Below are positions 1 through 7,644 of a stretch of DNA of 32,000 bases, piece by piece (within the stretch, counting starts at the first letter, position 1; every line of letters begins with the position of its first letter). The notes below the pieces were generated by a model. It searched no databases. It saw nothing but the letters and a program-made list of their open reading frames with translations, and was not told where the DNA came from. Location of the stretch: contig OW818675.1 in assembly GCA_942493095.1 (NCBI GenBank), positions 1,200,001-1,232,000 on the forward strand, given 5' to 3'. The position numbers were made by a program, and so were the translations under genes. The stretch is from Candidatus Electronema halotolerans. GTDB lineage: Bacteria > Desulfobacterota > Desulfobulbia > Desulfobulbales > Desulfobulbaceae.

Positions 1-2
1 TG

Positions 3-299
3 TCCGCAGTCTATTACGATCTGGGGGATGCTGATGCGGCGGAGCAGCTTATGCAGCGCGCACTGGCAATCAGCGAGAAGGCCTATGGAGCTGCCCACCC
101 TGTGACAGCCCAGACTCTGAGCTATCTTGCCAGCCTGTATGAAGAGCAGGGCCGCTGCGAGGCAGCGGAAATGCTCTATGAGTGCGCTCTTGTCAGCATC
201 AAGGCTGCGCTCCCCAGCGGGCATCCTGATTTGCAGCGGTTTCAGGAAAACCACGAGAGACTGAAAGCAAGGCTGGCTTGGCAAAACAGTCAGAGCTGA
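3..299 (+). CDS. C-terminal end of a TPR (TPR_10/TPR_12-like) repeat protein; the 5' part lies outside the window
   Basis: Frame 3 is open from the window edge (SAVYYDLGDADAAEQLMQRALAISEKAYGAAHPVTAQTLSYLASLYEEQGRCEAAEMLYECAL...). The repeated A-E-x-L-x-x-R-A-L-x-I-x-E-K pattern is typical of TPR_12 units. Stop at 297-299. Confidence 0.7.
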   Translation, partial: SAVYYDLGDADAAEQLMQRALAISEKAYGAAHPVTAQTLSYLASLYEEQGRCEAAEMLYECALVSIKAALPSGHPDLQRFQENHERLKARLAWQNSQS

Positions 300-315
300 T
301 CGTTCTCAATGCAGC

Positions 316-1182
316 ATGGGCAGGCAGCAGTCAGACCGCAGCGCAATCACTTTTTTTCTGCTGGAAACCAGCAAGGAGCGGGCAGCAATGAAAACACATT
401 GCAGCAACAAGGGCGGCAGCAGGCCGCAGCGCAGGACAGAGGAGGAGCCGGACGAGAGTCTGCTCTGGGGCATCAATGCAGTGGCTGAGGCCCTGCGCGG
501 CAGGCCCCGCAGTCTGAGCGAGGTGCTGATTGAAAAGGGCCGGGCCGGAGGCAGGCTGGAGGAGATTATTGAGGCGGCCCGCTCTGCCGGGGTGCGGCTC
601 CGCTTTGTTGAGCCTGACCGGCTGGGCCTGCCCAAGAGTTGCAGGCACCAAGGGGTTGCGGCCCGCCAGACTGAGGCCGAGCTGCTGCCGCTGGCCGAGC
701 TGCTGGCCGCCGGGCCGGAGCGCATTCTCCTGCTCGACTCAATTCAGGACCCGCGCAACCTTGGCTCCATCCTCCGCTCGGCCTTGGCCGCAGGCTTCAG
801 CTCAGTCATTCTCACTGCCGAGCGCAGCGCGCCCTTGAGCGGCACTGTGACCCGCGCCTCTGCCGGAGCGATTGCCCATATGCGCCTTGCCCGCGTGGTC
901 AATCTGGCCGAGGCTCTGCGCCAGCTCAAGGAGCAGGGCTGGTGGATTTACGGAGCTGTGGCCGAGCCGGAAGTCCAGTCCATCTATCAGACTGATTTCA
1001 GCGGCAGGATCGGCTTGGTCATTGGCAGCGAGGGCAAGGGCATCCGCCCGTTAGTGCGCAAACTCTGCGATCATCTGGTGACTATCCCCATGCCGGGCGC
1101 GTTCAACTCGCTCAACGCCTCAGTTGCCGCCGCCCTGATCATGTTTGAGGCAGTGCGGCAGCGGGCTGACCTTGCGCCGTGA
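316..1182 (+). CDS. rlmB: SpoU/TrmH-family 23S rRNA (guanosine-2'-O)-methyltransferase, RlmB-like
   Basis: Has an N-terminal SpoU_sub_bind-like segment (LLWGINAVAEALRG...VLIEKGRAGGRLEEIIEAARSAGVRLRFV). Shows the SpoU motifs LLDSIQDPRNLGSILRSALAAGF, LVIGSEGKGIRPLV and IPMPGAFNSLNASVAAALIMFE. An alternative ATG exists at 388. Confidence 0.85.
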   Translation: MGRQQSDRSAITFFLLETSKERAAMKTHCSNKGGSRPQRRTEEEPDESLLWGINAVAEALRGRPRSLSEVLIEKGRAGGRLEEIIEAARSAGVRLRFVEPDRLGLPKSCRHQGVAARQTEAELLPLAELLAAGPERILLLDSIQDPRNLGSILRSALAAGFSSVILTAERSAPLSGTVTRASAGAIAHMRLARVVNLAEALRQLKEQGWWIYGAVAEPEVQSIYQTDFSGRIGLVIGSEGKGIRPLVRKLCDHLVTIPMPGAFNSLNASVAAALIMFEAVRQRADLAP

Positions 1183-1422
1183 ACGCATCCAATTCCTCGC
1201 CTCGTGCCTGCCCTTTTGGGACTGGTGCTGCGGGATCACCGCTGCCTGCTGGGGCAGACGGAGCAAAGTAAGGACGGATTACCAGTGCTCCCATTCACAG
1301 GCTCTTAGTATGAGGAGGCTCATACGGACAGACATGGGAGGCGCATGTCTGTCGTATAGCCGGAGCATCATAAAGTGACGAATCATCCTGCTTCGGCTGC
1401 ATGCAAGCAGAGATGTCCTGCC

Positions 1423-1522
1423 GATCAAATGCCTGCATTCGTACCGATCAAATGCATGCATTCGTTCCTATCAAATGCCTGCATTCGTGTCGATCAAATG
1501 CCTGCATTCGTGCCTGTCAAAT
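1423..1522. repeat. Tandem direct repeat with a 23-bp unit, four full copies plus a degenerate fifth
   Basis: Units are GATCAAATGCCTGCATTCGTACC (1423-1445), GATCAAATGCATGCATTCGTTCC (1446-1468), TATCAAATGCCTGCATTCGTGTC (1469-1491) and GATCAAATGCCTGCATTCGTGCC (1492-1514), followed by TGTCAAAT... Each unit carries a 12-bp (near-)palindrome AATGCnTGCATT, and three units start with GATC. Confidence 0.9.
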
Positions 1523-1646
1523 AAATGACACGAGGAATAGTCAGGCTATCCGGCTTTGACTATATGAGCCTCCTTGCTCTTTGGTGGAGAAGGAAGGCGG
1601 GCGCACAACGCGCCCTTGGCAATGGCGCATCAACCAAGGAGCACCC

Positions 1647-1917
1647 ATGCAATACGTGAAAGAATGCCTGCAACTGCTGTACTGGATTTACTTCAAGCCC
1701 TACACCCTGAAGCAGCATGTACGGGAGATATGCCCGGAGGCAGCCCGGCGATGTGGGGGCAATCCTGCTGGCCGCCTTGACCAAAGGAGAGGCCGTGCCG
1801 CCGGAGCTGAACGCGGCTGCGGCTGTCCTCCTGCGCAAGGAAGTGCTGGTGCAGGAGAACAGCGGCTATGCCTTCAAGGTGCGGCTTATCGGGAAATGGA
1901 TTGCGGCGAGGGGCTGA
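1647..1917 (+). pseudogene. Probable remnant of a larger (STAND/AAA-ATPase-like) gene: an N-terminal piece and a C-terminal winged-helix-like piece lie in two frames
   Basis: ATG 1647 is preceded by AAGGAG (1636-1641) and gives MQYVKECLQLLYWIYFKPYTLKQHVREI..., which then degenerates to Arg/Gly-rich low-quality sequence. The +1 frame from about 1735 reads ...GDVGAILLAALTKGEAVPPELNAAAAVLLRKEVLVQENSGYAFKVRLIGKWIAARG*, which looks like a real protein C-terminus. No single intact ORF joins the two pieces. Confidence 0.3.
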
Positions 1918-1948
1918 CTGAGCAATGCCGACTGGAGGACTTTTGCCT

Positions 1949-3076
1949 TCACTGCTGGGGCTGCATCTCCTGCACCGCCTCTGTCGCCAAGTCGGCCACA
2001 GTTCGTTTCACTGGCTCGCCACGCTTGTATGTCACGATCTCGGTCTGATCGTTCTGCAAGCCCATGATCTGGAACATCACCTCTTTCGCTTTGACCCGGC
2101 CCAGCAGCCGGGCGGTCAGTCCGCGCACGGTTGGATTCTCGTGACCAAGCAGAGGAAAGAGCGAGTAAAACGGGATGCTGCGGACAAGATCAGGCCGGAC
2201 AGCGGCAATCTCGGTCAGCCCGTGCAAGGCAGCCTCGCGGGTGCCCTCATCACCGATGAAATTGAGCAGATGGCGGGTGAAGGCCCCGAAAATGTCGGTG
2301 CGGGCGGCAATAATCGCGCCAATGGCCTCAACCATGCCCCAAGGCATGGAGGCAGAATCTGAGCAGGCTTCAAAGAGGCGATGGAGCATGTCCGCTATCG
2401 GGCCGGGTTCGCGGGTGGCCAGCCGAGCACCAATCTGCCCGATCAGCCAGGCGATCTTATAGCGTTGTTCCGGCGCAGGCTCATAGAGCAGCTTCTGGAG
2501 AAAACGGAGGGTGCGCCTGTCGTCAAAGGTCAAATCAACCAGCGCATCGACATCACCGGCCTCAACAAGCTGCTTGACCAAGGGCCTGCTGGCCTTTTGC
2601 CGGACGCGCTTGGGATCGCGGGCAGGCTCCACCGGCGGCGGAGCAGCCTCTGCCCCTGTCACAGCTTGCGCCTCTGCCTCTTTTTTCTTGGCAAACCGGG
2701 CTGCCACTTCAGCAATGTCCTTGTGCAGACGGACAAAGTAGAGAATGCCGCGCACGGCCCTGCCGTCCAGATTCCGCTTGGGACAGACCTTATGGGTGAC
2801 ATCGTCGTAATCCTCAACAATGCCAGTCAAGTAATCATCTTCCGGGATCAGCTCCCAGGCCAAGTCCCATTCGTCGCCGCAGGCAAAAACAAGGCACTCA
2901 ACCATCGCCGCGCCAATGTTGTGGCCAGTGGCATCGCTGACATAGACGGCCCCGCACTCGCAGCGGCCCGCAGGAAATTCCTTCATGGTCCGCTGCACAG
3001 TCTCGGAAGGCCGCCCCACTTCCATGCCGCAAAAGGGACACCAAGGCCGCCGGTTCTCCTGTTTTCCCGCCGCCAT
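1949..3076 (-). CDS. Cys-rich (zinc-ribbon-like) N-terminal domain plus HEAT/armadillo-like repeat protein; resembles the family named after Desulfovibrio DVU0298 (recalled, unverified)
   Basis: 375-aa ORF with ATG at 3076. The N-terminus is WCPFCGMEV...GRCECGAVYVSD. The C-terminal half has HEAT-like helices (RYKIAWLIGQIGARL..., PWGMVEAIGAIIAAR, REAALHGLTEIAAVRPDL, NPTVRGLTARLLGRV). Its start lies 2 bp after the stop of the upstream TPR gene, so the two appear to form an operon. Confidence 0.75.
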   Translation of the reverse strand: MAAGKQENRRPWCPFCGMEVGRPSETVQRTMKEFPAGRCECGAVYVSDATGHNIGAAMVECLVFACGDEWDLAWELIPEDDYLTGIVEDYDDVTHKVCPKRNLDGRAVRGILYFVRLHKDIAEVAARFAKKKEAEAQAVTGAEAAPPPVEPARDPKRVRQKASRPLVKQLVEAGDVDALVDLTFDDRRTLRFLQKLLYEPAPEQRYKIAWLIGQIGARLATREPGPIADMLHRLFEACSDSASMPWGMVEAIGAIIAARTDIFGAFTRHLLNFIGDEGTREAALHGLTEIAAVRPDLVRSIPFYSLFPLLGHENPTVRGLTARLLGRVKAKEVMFQIMGLQNDQTEIVTYKRGEPVKRTVADLATEAVQEMQPQQ

Positions 3077-3078
3077 TG

Positions 3079-3717
3079 TTACTGCTCCAGCTTGGCGTTC
3101 AATCCCTGGACAAAGCGCGGATCAATCGAATAGCCCAGCTCCTTGGCCCGTTCTATCTGCCGCTGTGACTCCTTGTAGTCACCGTTGAAATACAGGGCCA
3201 CGGCCAGATTGTTGCGGGCCATGCCGCTGTCCGGCTCCAGTTCAATCGCCTTGCGGGCCGACTCGACCGCCCGGTCATCCTGCTCCAGCATGGTGCAGGC
3301 CGAGGTCAGGTTGAGCCAAGCTGTGAGCAGATACGGATCAATCTGAATCGCCTTTTCATAGCACTCCAAGGCGGCCAAGGCATCGCCCTGCTGCTGGCGG
3401 ATCAGGCCGATATTGACATGAGCCTCCGCCATCTTTGGCGTGACCGCCAAGGCCTTTTCGTTCAACTCCAAGGCCCGCTCCACCTCGCCTTGGTCAAAAT
3501 AAATTGCGCCAAGATTGATGTAGCTCTCCACCGAGTGGTCATCCAGCTTGATGGCCTGCTCCAGCTCGCGGATGGCCTCGTCCGTGCGTCCTGCTTGGCG
3601 GTAGAGCAGGCCAAGGGTGTGGTGGGCAATGATATTATTGGGATGCTCCTTGCAGATTTTCTCCTGCTCGGCAATCACTGCTGTCAGCGGAATTTCGCTT
3701 TGTTTTGCGTGAGACAT
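3079..3717 (-). CDS. Tetratricopeptide (TPR) repeat protein
   Basis: ATG at 3717 is preceded by GGAAGAAG. Five or six canonical 34-aa TPR units are present (AHHTLGLLYRQAGRTDEAIRELEQAIKLDD, SYINLGAIYFDQGEVERALELNEKALAVTP, AHVNIGLIRQQQGDALAALECYEKAIQIDP ...). The longer ORF-track start at 3858 adds non-protein-like sequence. Confidence 0.85.
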   Translation of the reverse strand: MSHAKQSEIPLTAVIAEQEKICKEHPNNIIAHHTLGLLYRQAGRTDEAIRELEQAIKLDDHSVESYINLGAIYFDQGEVERALELNEKALAVTPKMAEAHVNIGLIRQQQGDALAALECYEKAIQIDPYLLTAWLNLTSACTMLEQDDRAVESARKAIELEPDSGMARNNLAVALYFNGDYKESQRQIERAKELGYSIDPRFVQGLNAKLEQ

Positions 3718-3897
3718 CGGGTCTTCTTCCTTGCGGCAAAAATGAACGCCGCCTTGCGCGGCGGGATGGTTTCCGGGAACTATAGTCACAAACGGAAATG
3801 AGGCAAGGAATAATAGCAGAGACTGCGTTTTTCCGCAAGAGAAAGGGCGCAAGATCAATCCCTTGAATTGGCGGAATTATGCTGCTGCCGAACGGCA

Positions 3898-3932
3898 TGA
3901 AAAAAGCCCGGCGGATGACTCCGACGGGCTTT
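3898..3932 (-). terminator. Rho-independent terminator downstream of tRNA-Asn
   Basis: The minus strand reads AAAGCCCG-T-CGGA-GTCA-TCCG-C-CGGGCTTTTTTC. This is a GC-rich interrupted stem of about 12 bp followed by a T6 run. It sits between the tRNA-Asn 3' end (3966) and the TPR operon start. Confidence 0.55.
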
Positions 3933-3965
3933 CTATAACAAAACGCTTGGAAGCGGTGATGAACT

Positions 3966-4041
<76 letters not shown>

Positions 4042-4076
4042 ACAGCCTGCTGCCCTGCGGCAGCATTGACAGCCCA

Positions 4077-4105
4077 TATTTAGCATGCCCGCGAAAAAGA
4101 GTCAA
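4077..4105 (-). promoter_or_regulatory. Sigma70-type promoter for tRNA-Asn
   Basis: The minus strand has TTGACT (4105-4100), a 17-nt spacer and TAAATA (4082-4077). An A/T-rich UP-like tract lies upstream, and the element is about 30 nt before the mature tRNA 5' end. Confidence 0.45.
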
Positions 4106-4123
4106 GCAAAAAAATAAAACATC

Positions 4124-4152
4124 TTGCGCGGACCGAAAAAAAACGATACAAT
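4124..4152 (+). promoter_or_regulatory. Sigma70-type promoter for tRNA-Pro
   Basis: TTGCGC (4124-4129), a 17-nt spacer and TACAAT (4147-4152). An A-rich tract lies upstream, and the element is about 20 nt before the mature tRNA 5' end. Confidence 0.45.
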
Positions 4153-4172
4153 GCTGCACCCGCCGTATTTGT

Positions 4173-4250
4173 CGGGGCGTAGCGCAGCCTGGTTAGCGCG
4201 CCTGCCTTGGGAGCAGGAGGTCGCAGGTTCGAATCCTGCCGCCCCGACCA
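4173..4250 (+). tRNA. tRNA-Pro (anticodon TGG), CCA encoded
   Basis: Sequence is CGGGGCGTAGCGCAGCCTGGTTAGCGCGCCTGCCTTGGGAGCAGGAGGTCGCAGGTTCGAATCCTGCCGCCCCGACCA. The acceptor stem is CGGGGCG/CGCCCCG, the anticodon stem-loop is CCTGC-CT-TGG-GA-GCAGG, and the T-arm is GGTTCGAATCC. Confidence 0.93.
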
Positions 4251-4404
4251 TCTTCATCATTTCCTTTTGATCGGCCAGCACTGCTGCAACGTCACTTTGA
4301 CGGGAAGCTGGGACTGCCGCTTTCTCTCGCATTCCTGCACCCCGAAAAGCTGAACTCATCAGCCAAAGGTCTTCTTTCTGGTATATTGTCATCCGGGGCC
4401 TGCC

Positions 4405-4424
4405 GGGCACGGCGCGCCGTGCCC
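4405..4424. terminator. Perfect 20-bp GC-rich palindrome between convergent transcription units; possible bidirectional (U-tract-less) terminator
   Basis: GGGCACGGCGCGCCGTGCCC is self-complementary. It lies between tRNA-Pro (+) and the 3' end of the zinc-ribbon gene (-). There is no flanking T-run, so confidence is low. Confidence 0.3.
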
Positions 4425-4473
4425 GCACTCCGCCATCACAGCCCGGCCACTTTGCCGATCAGCTCGCCCACAA

Positions 4474-5127
4474 TTACTCCAGCTCCTTGCCGCAGTGCTT
4501 GCAGAGTTGGGCGCGAGCCTTGATCAGCTCCATGCAGTATGGGCATTCGCGCATGAAATGGCTGGCCAATATTTGTTTGATGGACATGTTGACCGCGTGC
4601 TCCAAACTGGGATCACTGAACTTGTGATTGCGCAGCGGCTCAATGCAGGCCAGATCGTCAAGCTGGGCCAAGAGCGCGGCAGCCTGCCGCCTGACCTCGA
4701 TGGCGGCGGCATTGTCGGTCAGCAGATGGAGTGCCGGAGCAAGGTCCTTGCGGGCCACGCAGTCGCAAAGCCCGGCAGCAGCCTCCTTCTCGCCCTGGTA
4801 ACGGCTGTTCTGCCGCTGCAGGGCCTCAACATCAACGATGCTGCCGGTGAATGCCTGTTTGCTGGCCACCATCATATTGTAGTTTTCTTTGCTGCCCGGC
4901 AGCTCCATGTGGCGATAGGAACCCACCCGGCCATACTGCTGCTCAATAAAATTCCAGCCCTTGACAAAGAGCGGGCAGTCGTCATTCAGACAGATGAAAA
5001 GAAATTCAGATCCCCAGCCCAGCCCGTCGCCGACATGCATGGGCGGCGCATGACAAAGGGTCAGCTTGGTGCCGCAGTGGGGGCAGAGATGTTCTTCGTT
5101 CAAATAGGCAAGCACTCGTTCCAGCAT
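4474..5127 (-). CDS. Uncharacterised protein with N- and C-terminal zinc-ribbon-like Cys clusters and a central HEAT-like segment
   Basis: 217-aa ORF. The N-terminal cluster is CPHCGTKLTLCH...CLNDDCPLF, and the C-terminal cluster is CPYCMELIKARAQLCKHCGKEL. The central segment DNAAAIEVRRQAAALLAQLDDLACIEPL is HEAT-like. Confidence 0.7.
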   Translation of the reverse strand: MLERVLAYLNEEHLCPHCGTKLTLCHAPPMHVGDGLGWGSEFLFICLNDDCPLFVKGWNFIEQQYGRVGSYRHMELPGSKENYNMMVASKQAFTGSIVDVEALQRQNSRYQGEKEAAAGLCDCVARKDLAPALHLLTDNAAAIEVRRQAAALLAQLDDLACIEPLRNHKFSDPSLEHAVNMSIKQILASHFMRECPYCMELIKARAQLCKHCGKELE

Positions 5128-5186
5128 GGCGCAGCAGCTCCTGTATTGTTATCGTAATCGTAAAAAATCAGTATGGTTGTGATGAT

Positions 5187-6902
5187 TCAGAGCATGGCTC
5201 CCAGCACCTGATCAACAGCCTTGGCCTGCTCCATCCGGCTGCGCAGAAACGGCTCTGTCAGATGTCTGCGGTTGTCCTCAATCAGGCCGCACAGCTCCTG
5301 AATCATGGTTTCTTGGGCTAAAGCAGTCACCCGCTCCAGATTGCGGACAAAATCCCGGACTATCTTGCCGCTGGCCCCGCGCATGGAGAGAATTTCCGCA
5401 TAGGTGCGCGGGTTCTGGGAATGCGCTCTGGCCATCGCCAGAATGGGATATAAAGATGTCAGGGTGCAGTGTCCGGCGATTTCCTCAGCCGTGATTGCAT
5501 TCTCTGCCAAGGTCATGGCCAAGGCTACAGACACGGCAGTGGGCAGCTTCTGGCCCACGCCCATGAGCAGGTCGTGCCGGGCAGGGGCATCCTGCTGGAT
5601 GCTGGCTCCGTGTTTATAAAGAAATGCCTCAAATTCGCTGCAAAATCTGCCGCTGCGACGGCTGCGCACCACGACCGCGTTCTTGTCCTTCATTGCAGCG
5701 GCCTGCGGCCCCCAGAGGTTATGCACAAGCATCACCTCCACGCCGTCGCTGGTCGATTCCAAGGCGGCCTGCAAGGTGCTTTCCGCCTCGCCTGCCAAAA
5801 GAATCAACGCCCTGCCTTCCGGGATCAGCGGGCCGTACTGGCGCACGGTCTCCGCCGTGACAGAGATTGGCACGCAGATCAGAATCACGTCAGCTTGAGG
5901 AATCATCTCCTCTGGCCGCAGTTCGGTGCTGCGGCCTGTCATGAAGACTTGATATCCCTCATTCTCCAGCCGCTCGGCAAACCAAGTGCTCATCTCGCCG
6001 GTGCCGATAAAACCGACTGAGCGGATGTGCTTGGGCCGCATATCCACCCGTGGAAAGCAGCCGAGCAGACGCAACGCGCCCTGCCGTCCGACAATTCGCT
6101 CCTCAATCCGGGCGACTGCCGCAGCCACGGCCTCATCTTCAATATGCCCTTCCACTTCCACATAAATGCGCAGCTTCTGGGTGCGGGGATCATTCTCCGA
6201 ATTCATGTCGAGAATGTTGATCCCGCGCTTGGAGAACTCGTTGAGCATATCCACCAAGAGGCCGACCCGGTCGTCAAGCGGCTCAGTCATCAGCACCGTG
6301 GCATCATAGCCGGTGGAGCGGGGCAATTCCCGGCCCAGCACTGCGTAACGGGTGCGGCTGTGGGGCGAGATTTCCCGCTCGGCAATGTACAAACCGTGCG
6401 CAGCCAGCATCTCGCCAGTGTCAATCACGCCGTGCAGGCAGGCATCCTCCTGGGTTCGTATCTGCGCCAAAGCAGCGGGCAGATCATGCACATTCGTCAG
6501 GGCGGCGGCAGGAAGGACTTGGCTGATGTATTCCTCGCATTGGCGGAACACGCCCCGGCGGCCTGTCAGGGCGGTCAGCTCCTCCGGCTTGACTTCCGGG
6601 GCAAACACGCCCAGCGAGAGACTGACCGGCAGAACCATATTGCTGATCCACCAGCCTTCCCGAATGCGGCTGAACAGACCGAAGCGGCGAGCACCGCTGC
6701 CTTCGCGGGTGTTATAGACCGGCAGCACAGCTTGGTCAATTTTGCCGGAGGCAAAGGCGGCCAGCAGGCTGTCACTGTCGGCACAGGCTTGCAGCTCCGC
6801 ATCCGGGGCCGCATCCAAGGCATGGAGCACCGCCGCCCGCCAGGCATGAGAATGCTGCGGGCCAAGAGTGCCAATGATAAATGACTGCTGCGTTTCAGAC
6901 AT
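5187..6902 (-). CDS. Fusion protein: prephenate dehydratase-like domain + ACT domain + prephenate/arogenate dehydrogenase (TyrA) domain
   Basis: The N-terminus shows PDT-like motifs (IGTLGPQHSHAW, LPVYNTREGS, SRTRYAVLGRE). The ACT-like block is TVLMTEPLDDRVGLLVDMLNEFSKRGINILDMNS...RIYVEVEGH. A Rossmann motif VGFIGTGEMSTWFAERL follows, then the TyrA-type helical domain (HDLLMGVGQKLPTAVSVALA..., SLYPILAMARAHSQNPRTYAEI). Confidence 0.8.
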   Translation of the reverse strand: MSETQQSFIIGTLGPQHSHAWRAAVLHALDAAPDAELQACADSDSLLAAFASGKIDQAVLPVYNTREGSGARRFGLFSRIREGWWISNMVLPVSLSLGVFAPEVKPEELTALTGRRGVFRQCEEYISQVLPAAALTNVHDLPAALAQIRTQEDACLHGVIDTGEMLAAHGLYIAEREISPHSRTRYAVLGRELPRSTGYDATVLMTEPLDDRVGLLVDMLNEFSKRGINILDMNSENDPRTQKLRIYVEVEGHIEDEAVAAAVARIEERIVGRQGALRLLGCFPRVDMRPKHIRSVGFIGTGEMSTWFAERLENEGYQVFMTGRSTELRPEEMIPQADVILICVPISVTAETVRQYGPLIPEGRALILLAGEAESTLQAALESTSDGVEVMLVHNLWGPQAAAMKDKNAVVVRSRRSGRFCSEFEAFLYKHGASIQQDAPARHDLLMGVGQKLPTAVSVALAMTLAENAITAEEIAGHCTLTSLYPILAMARAHSQNPRTYAEILSMRGASGKIVRDFVRNLERVTALAQETMIQELCGLIEDNRRHLTEPFLRSRMEQAKAVDQVLGAML

Positions 6903-6961
6903 GGCGCGAAATCAGGCGGCAGATCAGCGGACAAGCCCGCTGTCGGTTGAAAGTTTCTGTC

Positions 6962-6989
6962 ATTATACCCCTTGACCTTTCTTTCACAA
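6962..6989 (-). promoter_or_regulatory. Candidate sigma70 promoter for the PDT-ACT-PDH gene
   Basis: The minus strand has TTGTGA (6989-6984), a 16-nt spacer and TATAAT (6967-6962), about 60 nt upstream of ATG 6902. A small hairpin (CAGCGG-N6-CCGCTG) lies in the leader. Confidence 0.35.
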
Positions 6990-7195
6990 GGCAAAATTTT
7001 CCTGCGGCCTGCTGCTGGCTGAGATGCTTTGCCGTCTGAATGCCTGTACAACCTGAACTGGAATATCCGCCAGCCTGCCGTGACAGCCGGTGCTGAACTC
7101 CATTGGAGAACCTTCAATGTTGTCTTGATTCTCTTCGAGCTGTCTGCTACAGTTGTCCACTGTCGCGGTCAGCCATTCTTCTGTGGAGAACAGTG

Positions 7196-7552
7196 ATGCG
7201 CCTGTTGAACCTGATTAAAACCTACTGGATAAGCTGCACAGTCATTACGCTGGCAGCTATCACATTCCTCTCGCTCCGTCCAGACCTGTCTCTGCCTGAT
7301 GTGCCGGGCAAAGACAAAACCCTGCACATAGTCGCCTATGCCGCGCTCATGTTTCCAGCCGGCCTGCGCCGTCCGAGGCAGCTTCCGGCGATCTTTCTTT
7401 TTTTCATCCTCTACGGCGGCATGATTGAGTTGATTCAGCCCTATGTGAATCGCTCCTGCGAAGTGCTGGACTTGGCCGCCGACACCCTCGGCCTTGCCTG
7501 CGGCCTGCTGGTAGCTGAGATGCTCCGCCGCCTGAATAGCAGCGGAGCCTGA
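7196..7552 (+). CDS. VanZ-family-like small integral membrane protein
   Basis: ATG 7196 is preceded by GGAGAA. The product is 118 aa with 3-4 predicted TM helices (WISCTVITLAAITFLSL, LHIVAYAALMFPAGL, AIFLFFILYGGMIELIQ, LAADTLGLACGLLVAEML), a layout typical of VanZ-like proteins. Confidence 0.65.
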   Translation: MRLLNLIKTYWISCTVITLAAITFLSLRPDLSLPDVPGKDKTLHIVAYAALMFPAGLRRPRQLPAIFLFFILYGGMIELIQPYVNRSCEVLDLAADTLGLACGLLVAEMLRRLNSSGA

Positions 7553-7644
7553 ACGCTCTTCCAACCGTGATGACTGCTGAACAGCACGCGGCACCGCGTT
7601 TCTATCTTCTTCTGCGGCTTAACGAGCTATTCGATTTATGCAGA

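Noticed and set aside
1308-1355. Two adjacent hairpins after rlmB (GTATGAG-GAGG-CTCATAC and ACGGACAGACATG-N7-CATGTCTGTCGT) as a terminator or sRNA
   Set aside because: There is no U-tract after either stem, and they lie more than 120 nt past the rlmB stop. That is too little evidence to call a terminator or an RNA gene, so I only noted the structure.
1423-1537. Possibility that the 23-bp arrays (also 9600-9691) are CRISPR arrays
   Set aside because: The units are directly contiguous with no unique spacers. There are only four copies and no cas genes.
7553-7644. Terminator between the convergent VanZ-like and membrane-protein genes (ACGCGG-CA-CCGCGT followed by TTTCT)
   Set aside because: The stem is only 5-6 bp with a 2-nt loop and is energetically marginal.
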